Shown in pieces: positions 43,108 through 50,933 of a stretch of DNA of 62,562 bases. Below the pieces are notes generated by a model. The model saw nothing but the letters and a program-made list of their open reading frames with translations. It had not been told where the DNA came from and searched no databases. Each line of letters opens with the position of its first letter. The first letter of the stretch is position 1. Both the position numbers and the translations under genes were made by a program. Location of the stretch: positions 1 through 62,562 of IMG/VR virus record IMGVR_UViG_3300032260_000001, one strand, 5' to 3'. This stretch comes from a virus. Taxonomy: Duplodnaviria; Caudoviricetes.

Positions 43108-43173
43108 TTACACAATTCTAAATTAGATACAACCCCTCATTTTATCAGCCTTTTCAGCACCCTATCCCAGTTA

Positions 43174-43395
43174 TTACTCATATGCACGTTTAAACCCAGG
43201 CGCTTTAAAATAAGCTCGCTCGCTCACGTCATACACCATATTGTCAGGATAAAGATCTTTATATGTTCTCAGATCATTTGTAGCGCACGCATCTGCAATT
43301 CCATACTGTTCTGTCAATACCTTGCGATTCACTTTGCCGTAAACAACTAGCATCACGTCAATAAATCTGATTCTTTGTTCTGCTGCGTAATTCAT
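43174..43395 (-). CDS. Stand-alone wHTH resembling the N-terminal domain of CapW/BrxR-type WYL regulators
   Basis: EQRIRFID...GKVNR..L...YGI....AT.DL..Y....P.N..YD. Confidence 0.7.
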   Translation of the reverse strand: MNYAAEQRIRFIDVMLVVYGKVNRKVLTEQYGIADACATNDLRTYKDLYPDNMVYDVSERAYFKAPGFKRAYE

Positions 43396-43489
43396 TAATA
43401 ATATCCTCTTGGTTAATTAGTCAACATATGTATACTATACCAGATACAAATGATTACCATGTTTAATTTTGACTTAAAGGGGAGCGAAA

Positions 43490-43774
43490 ATGAGTTTTGT
43501 TATTACCGTCGCGGTATCAAAGAAACAGCATGAAGCACTGGAGAAAGCGTTAAAAAGCGAAGAAGTCGGCAACATGGGGCCAGTGGAATTAAAGGATTAT
43601 TTAGAGATACTTGCCACGGTAAGCCTAAATTTTATGGCTTCGGAATTAGGGCCAGAATATGCGAGAGAGTTTTTTGAAAAAGTGATGGATAGCGAAAACA
43701 CGCCTGATCATGACGCAACAAAGAACGGGTCTAGTATAGTAATGTCTGAATCTGAATCTGAGACTCAACACTAA
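43490..43774 (+). CDS. Hypothetical protein
   Basis: GGGGAG RBS. Confidence 0.6.
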   Translation: MSFVITVAVSKKQHEALEKALKSEEVGNMGPVELKDYLEILATVSLNFMASELGPEYAREFFEKVMDSENTPDHDATKNGSSIVMSESESETQH

Positions 43775-43956
43775 CCATGTTCAAGTGGCTTTATAGACTG
43801 GCACTCAGATTCCTACACCTGTGCCCGCACAAGAAATGGGGAGTTGAAAACATTCAAACAACCGGGCATGGCAGTCGAATACGGTACTTTTTTCAGTGCG
43901 AGAAGTGCGGCGCTAAAAAAGAAAGAGAGTGGCCCAAGCAAAAGCTGAGGTGAGCA

Positions 43957-44499
43957 ATGAAATATAACGACAAATACCTAGCGAGGATAGTACAAGGGTC
44001 GCATAAAGGCTGGTATTTACGCGTGCCTAAAGACTCTAAAAAAAGTTTCCTTGATTATGATTCTACGTTTTTCCCAGACAGGGATCATAAAGGAGATAGA
44101 GGGGCGAAAAAGGCGGCAAAAGAGTTTCGTGATGATTTCTTACAGAAAACAAACCAAATGCATTTGCTCGAATGTATTAGGCAAACTCACGAAAAAATAC
44201 ATCCCACCGACGCGAAAAATACAAGCGGTATTGGAGGGGTAAGGCTCGCTTTTGAGGTTAAAGAACCGTCACCGGGAAATATTTGTGTGTATGAGTCATG
44301 GATTGGTTATGGCATGAAAGACAGAAAGTCATGGTCACGATCTTTTTCAACAAACAGATATGAAGAAGCCGACGCCTTTCATAATGCCTGTATTGAAAGG
44401 TTTAACCGCCATGGTCCGCTTTATGTTACAAAAGATCTAAGCGAATTCCCTTGTAAAATCCCCGTCGAATATATAAAAATTGATAAGGAGGGCGCATGA
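43957..44499 (+). CDS. AP2-like DNA-binding protein
   Basis: NTSGIGGV...W...RSFS...YEE.AF..A; tandem AP2-like halves, no HNH motif seen. Confidence 0.6.
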   Translation: MKYNDKYLARIVQGSHKGWYLRVPKDSKKSFLDYDSTFFPDRDHKGDRGAKKAAKEFRDDFLQKTNQMHLLECIRQTHEKIHPTDAKNTSGIGGVRLAFEVKEPSPGNICVYESWIGYGMKDRKSWSRSFSTNRYEEADAFHNACIERFNRHGPLYVTKDLSEFPCKIPVEYIKIDKEGA

Positions 44500-44804
44500 G
44501 CCTACCAACAGTTAAATTCAAACACTGGCATTGCTACTTGGCCTTCTGCGAGTACGAAAACGGCAGAGTAGCGCTAGCGCTGAAAGAATTAGAAACCCAT
44601 GATCTTATAGCAAAAGCGACTGTAAACATCCCAGAATATCCACTTAATAATGGTGAAGTAATTATTAAGGATCACGGAGAAAATGAAGGTATGTTGTCAG
44701 CGTTGGTAGATGCCGGTGTCGTTAAACCAACAGGGTGGCATATAAAATTCGGTCACGTCGAAGGCCCCGTGTGTGAGCTGCTTGTCAAACAAGAGGTATG
44801 GTAA
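44496..44804 (+). CDS. Conserved phage hypothetical protein
   Basis: YENGR.AL...ATVNIP...IKD.GENEG.L..L. Confidence 0.65.
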   Translation: MSLPTVKFKHWHCYLAFCEYENGRVALALKELETHDLIAKATVNIPEYPLNNGEVIIKDHGENEGMLSALVDAGVVKPTGWHIKFGHVEGPVCELLVKQEVW

Positions 44805-45160
44805 CGATGTTGAACATCCTCAAAACACAAAAAAAGATCGCTAAATTCCTTGAATCTATAGGTAGAGATAGAAATCAATCACCCTCTATAAATCAAATGA
44901 CGATGGTGATGCTTGTTTATCGAAAGGAAGCTGACTCAATAGCTGATTTGGCGGACAAAATGGATAAGCCCTATGATTCAGCAAGGAAATTATCTCATTC
45001 ATTAAGAGAGGGGTGTGCCAAGAAACGCACAGGCTTTAAATTTTTTAGAGCTGAGCCAATTTATAATAGGCATTCGAGCGGAATCCCCAGGAATAAAATG
45101 GTATTAACGCCTGAAGGTAAAAAATTTGCCAGGATAATTGCAAAAGCCTTTGGGGATTGA
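44798..45160 (+). CDS. wHTH (MarR-like) protein
   Basis: SIADLADKMD...LTPEGK. Confidence 0.55.
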   Translation: MVTMLNILKTQKKIAKFLESIGRDRNQSPSINQMTMVMLVYRKEADSIADLADKMDKPYDSARKLSHSLREGCAKKRTGFKFFRAEPIYNRHSSGIPRNKMVLTPEGKKFARIIAKAFGD

Positions 45161-45161
45161 T

Positions 45162-45428
45162 ATGACCGAAAGAGTTGTTGTATACAACGTATTTCCAAAA
45201 AGGTGCCAACACAACAAATTCGAGGTTAATGAATCATTGGCGCTTATTAAATGTGGGACGTGTGGCGAGCCATTAAACCCTATCTGGTGCGTAGCTCAGT
45301 TTGCGCGCGCTGAATCTAGATATCAGCTTAAGATTGCCGAGCTTGAAAAAACAGCAGCTAAAGCCGAGAAAAAGAACAAGTGCAAATGTGAGCATTGCAA
45401 TAAGATGACGAGAATCCACAGAGAATGA
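45162..45428 (+). CDS. Zn-binding coiled-coil protein
   Basis: CQH, CGTC, CKCEHC.KMT. Confidence 0.6.
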   Translation: MTERVVVYNVFPKRCQHNKFEVNESLALIKCGTCGEPLNPIWCVAQFARAESRYQLKIAELEKTAAKAEKKNKCKCEHCNKMTRIHRE

Positions 45429-45730
45429 AACATCGTGATGATTTAGAAGAAGCAATAAAAGACAGTGACCATTTTTTTATTCTGGCCACTGAATCATTCT
45501 TTTTAAGTGCCATGACCTACGTTCAAGTGGAAATTGCAAAGATTCATAAAAAGCCGTTCAGGATAGCATTAAGGAAAGGTGTAGAAATCCCTGAAGGTTT
45601 TTTGGATGACGTTGAAGACTATGAAATAGTGACCTGGGAAACAGCAGATGAATTGAAGAGTGCCTTTATTGAATTGATTGGTGAGGATCAAGATGCCTTT
45701 GATTTTGTTAATCCATACGTTAAAAATTAA
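45425..45730 (+). CDS. Hypothetical protein (TIR/NDT-like Rossmann fragment possible)
   Basis: EEAIKDSD.FFI...EIAK..KKP. Confidence 0.5.
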   Translation: MKHRDDLEEAIKDSDHFFILATESFFLSAMTYVQVEIAKIHKKPFRIALRKGVEIPEGFLDDVEDYEIVTWETADELKSAFIELIGEDQDAFDFVNPYVKN

Positions 45731-45920
45731 AGTGTTGATTAATTTTTTCACCTTGATTAAGATAGATCTCGGAATAGGCAGTACTAGACAGTTTTGTTTA
45801 AAGATACGTAGGGGTCTAGAATATTCCAATATAAACCGTCGGGTTAGGAAGAGCGACCATGCTTATGCCTACTCGACCCCCATTGAGTTGGTTGAACTTC
45901 TCATCCCGGCGGTTTGTATC

Positions 45921-46646
45921 TTAAATCTCTTTCAAGTGTTTCAAATACACCACAGTATCATGTTCCTTGATACCCGCTAATACAAAACCTTCTTCATTTT
46001 TCCAAGCCTGCCACATCTGGATAGCTTGTTGCCACCAGAACAGCTTATGCCCAATCTGCAATGAATCCCCTCTATGTGTATAACCATGTTTTTTAAAGGG
46101 TAGATCTTTAACAACATCATTAGCCATGTATACCCGCAGGTAATTAACGTGCTGGGCATCCTTCATTGAAACCATGCCTCGATAGTAATCTTTGGTAAAG
46201 ACCATCGGTTGGGCAAAGGTTATACCGTCGATATCCGCAGCGATTAAAACATCGCCGTAAAGCTCCATAAACAGGTCTGCAAGCGCCCCACCTCGACTAA
46301 CCCCAGTAATTAGTATCTTGTCCGGGTTCAGCGCCTTAAGGCGGCTCATAATCTGTTTGGCCATCAAATCAAGACCGATCTTCATGCCCTTGTGCATACC
46401 ATCCTCAACCTCATGCGTTTTGTAGAAGTTCAGCACCCAATCAACCCAATCATTAGATCCAGGGAAAGCAACCACCACCCTATCGTCTTCCTTGATGATG
46501 TAGCAGGCATCCCCTTTACCTTTTAACAGCGGATCTATGATCGTAAGTGAATCCCCCCAAAGCTTAGTCAACTCTTCAGCGTCTTTTTGATGCACAACTT
46601 CGGCATAGTGGAAAGCATCCAGAATCTCTGGCTTGGTAAATGTCAT
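45921..46646 (-). CDS. Class 3 lipase-like alpha/beta hydrolase in lysis cassette
   Basis: AFPGS lid, ITGVSRGGALA nucleophile elbow, ITFAQP, NDVV Asp, C-terminal His. Confidence 0.85.
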   Translation of the reverse strand: MTFTKPEILDAFHYAEVVHQKDAEELTKLWGDSLTIIDPLLKGKGDACYIIKEDDRVVVAFPGSNDWVDWVLNFYKTHEVEDGMHKGMKIGLDLMAKQIMSRLKALNPDKILITGVSRGGALADLFMELYGDVLIAADIDGITFAQPMVFTKDYYRGMVSMKDAQHVNYLRVYMANDVVKDLPFKKHGYTHRGDSLQIGHKLFWWQQAIQMWQAWKNEEGFVLAGIKEHDTVVYLKHLKEI

Positions 46647-46648
46647 CG

Positions 46649-46957
46649 TTAAATTCCCTTGGGTTGAAACTCGAGGTGGATATGGGTAGGTTCACAAATG
46701 ATGTCGTATTCATCGGATAAGGAGGCCCTTAACCGTCCAGCTGCTTCCTGGCCATAGTCGTCAAAATAACGAGTACGTAGGTCTCCTGCATTACCAATGT
46801 AGTGAAGAGAAGTCGGTGAATGTTTGCCATCGGCTAGAGAGGTGACAACAAGTTCTTGACCAAGGTCTGACCAAATCTTATCAGCGATAAAGAGAGCCAG
46901 CAGTAGTTCAGGGGATAGGCCACGGGCCTTGATCCCAGCGTCATATTTTAATTTCAG
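46649..46957 (-). CDS. Peptidase M15-like endolysin, non-canonical start (CTG)
   Basis: VTS..DGKH...SLHYIGNAGDLR...HIHLE Zn motifs; AAGGAGG 11 nt upstream of CTG; no in-frame ATG/GTG/TTG. Confidence 0.8.
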   Translation of the reverse strand: MKLKYDAGIKARGLSPELLLALFIADKIWSDLGQELVVTSLADGKHSPTSLHYIGNAGDLRTRYFDDYGQEAAGRLRASLSDEYDIICEPTHIHLEFQPKGI

Positions 46958-46978
46958 GCGTTGAGTGCCCTCCTTCGG

Positions 46979-47281
46979 TTAACTAAGCAAATCTTCAAGT
47001 AGCTTCTTCTCTTGAGGACTCGCCCTGCGTTTTATTTTTCGAATGACCCGAGCTTCAATGTTCAGGTCGTTTATTTGCTGGCCCTTAATCGTCGCCCGAT
47101 AGTTCAGAAACAAAAACAAAGCCGTAATAATTAAACTAATAACCATAACAATCGCGCCGATTGCGGATGCGTTATGAGACAGCCACAACATACCCCCGCC
47201 GCCCGTCGTTATCCCTGATGCTAACATCCCAGTGTCAAGTTTAGTCATCACCGGATGCGTTGCTATGACTGCTTCGCTCAT
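46979..47281 (-). CDS. Putative holin
   Basis: 100 aa, TM segment(s), basic C-terminus, upstream of endolysin. Confidence 0.65.
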   Translation of the reverse strand: MSEAVIATHPVMTKLDTGMLASGITTGGGGMLWLSHNASAIGAIVMVISLIITALFLFLNYRATIKGQQINDLNIEARVIRKIKRRASPQEKKLLEDLLS

Positions 47282-50200
47282 CGTTGATTTTGCTCTTTAG
47301 CTAATTGAAAAATATACCTTCTTCTATTTCGCAACTCTGCTTTGATTTCCTGGATTTGCTCCTGACTTGTCGAAGAGGCTATTGCTCTATCTCGCGCAGA
47401 CTTCGTAAATTGAGAACTCATAGACCATTTAGGTATTTCACCTCTCATTAAGTTACTAATATCTTTCTTTGAAACTTTACCGCCAGACATGGATTTGCGT
47501 ATATCCGCATCGGGCATTCCAAGCTTTCTGGCACCATTGATATACTTAATCATTTCATTGTAATTTTTCTCTCTAGACTTCATCATTGATTCATAAGCCG
47601 CCGTCAGATCGCTATCACTGATCTTCTTGCGACTGCCAGCAACCTTTCCGAGAATGCTAGACGCGGAGCGCTTCTTATTATTGAACCCATATGCTTTATA
47701 TATCAGCGATTGGCCTAGATTCAGCGTAGACGTTCTATGCCCAAGCCATGCCCATGCTTCATCTTTAAGCGTGTATTCTTTACCTGAAGTGCTAAGCTCT
47801 CCACCCGCAGCCAGTACCGTACGTTCCAGGTTAGACATGACTCCAGGTTGAAGCCCCTTTCTTAGATGATTGAGTTTATCGGCTATTTGACGTCCTACGG
47901 TATCCTCTTCATTGTAAACTTTTCCCCCGCTATCTTTTTTATTAGTCCAAATTTCTTTAATTGTACCCGCTGCTATGTCCGTACCAATAAATGGCTCTAG
48001 GATTTCTGTCGCTGCGTCTATTAACTTTTTATCAACACCAACATTATTACCACTCAGCATCGCGGTAATCGGCTTTTTAAGATAGGTATAGGGATCGATA
48101 TAGGAAGCATCGTAATAGATTGGCAGTCCATCTTTATCGTATCCAAGATAGACGATTTGAGAATTCCTAGACCACTCGGGCAACTGTGCCCTAACTGCCT
48201 CATCATCATCGTCGTCCATGCCAAGCAACACCATAGATATTTTGGAGGCCGAGTAAGCCGCTGAAGCCGCAATAGACATACCCAAAATACGCTTCGCCGC
48301 CCCAACCTTATTGTCTTTCAGATCTTCCTTTATGAATTTAGCCTGATTGTATGTTGTTCTCACAATCTCATAAGGGAATGAAACAAACGTGCCTATTAAG
48401 GGCCACCTACGGATCTTCTTAATGCCTCGTGGAACCATGCTGTAGGTAGGGTATCCATTGCGAATTCTAAAAGCCGCCTTCTTCTCTGCCTCTTCTTTAG
48501 ATAGACCCGCCTTAAGTTGAGATTGATATTCATTTTCAAACCCAATTATCTTCCAAAAATCATCGCCTACTTGGTAGGTTTTCTGCAAAAATCCCAAAAT
48601 ACTTTTCATTTTTTGCTTTGGCGTTTTGGTGTATTTGCTAACATCGGATGTATCTACAAAATCCTCTACAGCTGCTTTCAGCTCTTGTGCATACGGATTA
48701 TCGTGTAAGACGCCAAGCTTGATTAGCTTGTTTAAGTATTCTCTCCAAACCTTATCTTTTGTGAACAGATCAGCCTTTGCCGCGCCAAATGCTTTCTTCC
48801 CATATTTCCAGTTAAAATGTCCATTCGAAATAGCGAAAAATGCAGCCGATTGAAAGTTCCTCATCTGAGTTGTGGGAGATAGGATGGTCTTTCCGTACTT
48901 AACCATTGAGTTGATACGAACGATTTGACGCATCAATTCTGAACCTTCAAACTTATCTAAAGCATCTTTCATGCCTAGTTTAAAATCAGCAGACGTATAC
49001 AGTCCATCCAAAGGATTCATTGTTTTTGAACCCTCTGCGACTATTTGAGCATCATATGCAACACCATCTTTTACGACTGGCTTTTCAAATAGAAACTCAT
49101 CTAACCCACGTTCTCTTAGATTCATGAGAAAATGGTGATTAGCCATATACCATTGCATCTTCGACGCGGAACGATCAAAGTTGATTCTAGGGTCTTTGTA
49201 TTCCCCTAATAGTTCTCGTATGACAGGAGGAATGTCTTTTCGTCGTTTGGTGATGGAAATATCCTTTCCACCTATCATAGCTCCTTTAGATATCAGCGTA
49301 GAGAAATCACCTGCTTCTCTGGCTTTTTCCAGAATTCCACTAACAGCGCCTTCAATCTCTCCTTCAGTCAAAAGTTTGGGCTTCAACTTATCAAGCCTGT
49401 CTATTTGAATATCGGTTAAATCGCTTCGATTGTCAGAAGCAAAATAATCAGCTCCTTTTTGGATTAACTCTTCTCTATTTTTTGCTCCAGTACCAAACGC
49501 CTTAGCAGCCACTTTTTCACTATCAGCTTCCCGAATATACGTTTCAGCACGCTTAATTAACGACGTGTTTTCAAGTGTTTTCTCTTTCCACTTAGGGTCA
49601 TCGAACGCCTGATAGCTACGATTCAAATACGAACCTATATTCCCTGATATAGTTTCAAGCGTTTGCAAACTGGCGAGAACGGACGCAGGAATCTTCCCCT
49701 CTGCCCCTCCTGTATCCAGGGCTAGCTTATATTCTTCTTTTTGTTTATCTGTCATTTCACTTACACGGATGTCGATAATATCCTTATAAGTTTCCATCAT
49801 GCCTAGAGAAAGGTTGTCAAGGTAAGCGCGTAATGCATCGGCAGTGGGCTTTAGCTCTTCAGAAATAGAGACATCTTTACCCCCGATGTAATCATTGATT
49901 TTCTGTAGTTCAGCGCTGTCGACCTTTCCATATGGCTTCCTAAAAGTCTTTTTGATAGCTTTCTCAAGATCGTGGACAAGTGCACCAACCTCTTCTTCAC
50001 CTACATTTTTGATTGCATCGGATTGAAGATTGGTTTCAAAGGCGACTTCATTCATCAAGCCTTCTTTTGTGAAATTTCGTTTTATCCAACGCTTAACATT
50101 TTCACTAGCCTTTTCCATCCGGCCTTTTCGCTTGACCGGGGTTAAGTCATGACTTTCAACAGCCTCTTTTACTCTCTTAGAATCCGTTAGAGTGTCGGTC

Positions 50201-50610
50201 AAATCTTTGACGGCTGCCTTCTTCTCTACAGGAGACTTTTTCTTTGCTGCAGGCTTCTTCTCCACAGGCGCTTTCTTCTCAGCCGCCGCATACACAACCT
50301 TGGGCTTTTCCGTCGGCATCTCAGCCGCCATGGTCTTCTCAGGGGCAGCCGGTTTAGCCTTCGATTCTTTAGGCTTCTTAGCCTCAATCCGCCACTCGTC
50401 AGGAATCACACCACCGGCTTTCTCTATCTGATCCACAACACCTTGATGTTCAGCTGTGTATTCTCCATAGGCCATCTCCACAGCCTGCCTATTGGCTTCC
50501 GCGTGATCTAACCCATCGGTCGTTCTAAGCTTCTCAGCTATCTTTAAGACGTGATCCTGGTCTTCTTTTATTAAGGAGGAAACACTCAGACATTTTGTAA
50601 GGGTGCCCAT
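47278..50610 (-). CDS. Large internal virion (ejection) protein
   Basis: ~1110 aa helical; last gene of tail module; GTFVSFP.E..R motif; AAGG RBS before ATG at 50610. Confidence 0.7.
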   Translation of the reverse strand: MGTLTKCLSVSSLIKEDQDHVLKIAEKLRTTDGLDHAEANRQAVEMAYGEYTAEHQGVVDQIEKAGGVIPDEWRIEAKKPKESKAKPAAPEKTMAAEMPTEKPKVVYAAAEKKAPVEKKPAAKKKSPVEKKAAVKDLTDTLTDSKRVKEAVESHDLTPVKRKGRMEKASENVKRWIKRNFTKEGLMNEVAFETNLQSDAIKNVGEEEVGALVHDLEKAIKKTFRKPYGKVDSAELQKINDYIGGKDVSISEELKPTADALRAYLDNLSLGMMETYKDIIDIRVSEMTDKQKEEYKLALDTGGAEGKIPASVLASLQTLETISGNIGSYLNRSYQAFDDPKWKEKTLENTSLIKRAETYIREADSEKVAAKAFGTGAKNREELIQKGADYFASDNRSDLTDIQIDRLDKLKPKLLTEGEIEGAVSGILEKAREAGDFSTLISKGAMIGGKDISITKRRKDIPPVIRELLGEYKDPRINFDRSASKMQWYMANHHFLMNLRERGLDEFLFEKPVVKDGVAYDAQIVAEGSKTMNPLDGLYTSADFKLGMKDALDKFEGSELMRQIVRINSMVKYGKTILSPTTQMRNFQSAAFFAISNGHFNWKYGKKAFGAAKADLFTKDKVWREYLNKLIKLGVLHDNPYAQELKAAVEDFVDTSDVSKYTKTPKQKMKSILGFLQKTYQVGDDFWKIIGFENEYQSQLKAGLSKEEAEKKAAFRIRNGYPTYSMVPRGIKKIRRWPLIGTFVSFPYEIVRTTYNQAKFIKEDLKDNKVGAAKRILGMSIAASAAYSASKISMVLLGMDDDDDEAVRAQLPEWSRNSQIVYLGYDKDGLPIYYDASYIDPYTYLKKPITAMLSGNNVGVDKKLIDAATEILEPFIGTDIAAGTIKEIWTNKKDSGGKVYNEEDTVGRQIADKLNHLRKGLQPGVMSNLERTVLAAGGELSTSGKEYTLKDEAWAWLGHRTSTLNLGQSLIYKAYGFNNKKRSASSILGKVAGSRKKISDSDLTAAYESMMKSREKNYNEMIKYINGARKLGMPDADIRKSMSGGKVSKKDISNLMRGEIPKWSMSSQFTKSARDRAIASSTSQEQIQEIKAELRNRRRYIFQLAKEQNQR

Positions 50611-50933
50611 CAGTGAACCTTCCTCAATGGCAGAACATCCCACGATTCAGCAATACCTCTGCTGTCTCGCTTAGGCACAATTCGAACAGGCGTAAACGTA
50701 TTGTCTACGACCTTCGTCATATCTGTAATCGCTTTCGTCAGTTTTACCAAGGCCTGGCGCATCTCGACTAGATCATTACTCTCTATCGCACGTTTGGCCA
50801 ACTCAGCGGACGCTCTAGCGCTCTCAGCCGCTTGTTTGGCCGAATCAGTCGCTAAGGCAACCAGCTTATCGTCAACGTTCCTAACAGGCCTAGGTTGCGG
50901 TTTGGCAATCTTCTTCTTTACGGGTGCGCGCAT
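50610..50933 (-). CDS. Hypothetical virion-associated protein
   Basis: Coupled between two large genes. Confidence 0.6.
   Translation of the reverse strand: MRAPVKKKIAKPQPRPVRNVDDKLVALATDSAKQAAESARASAELAKRAIESNDLVEMRQALVKLTKAITDMTKVVDNTFTPVRIVPKRDSRGIAESWDVLPLRKVH

Noticed and set aside
43957-44499. HNH homing endonuclease
   Set aside because: AP2-like segments are present but no HNH catalytic motif is visible.
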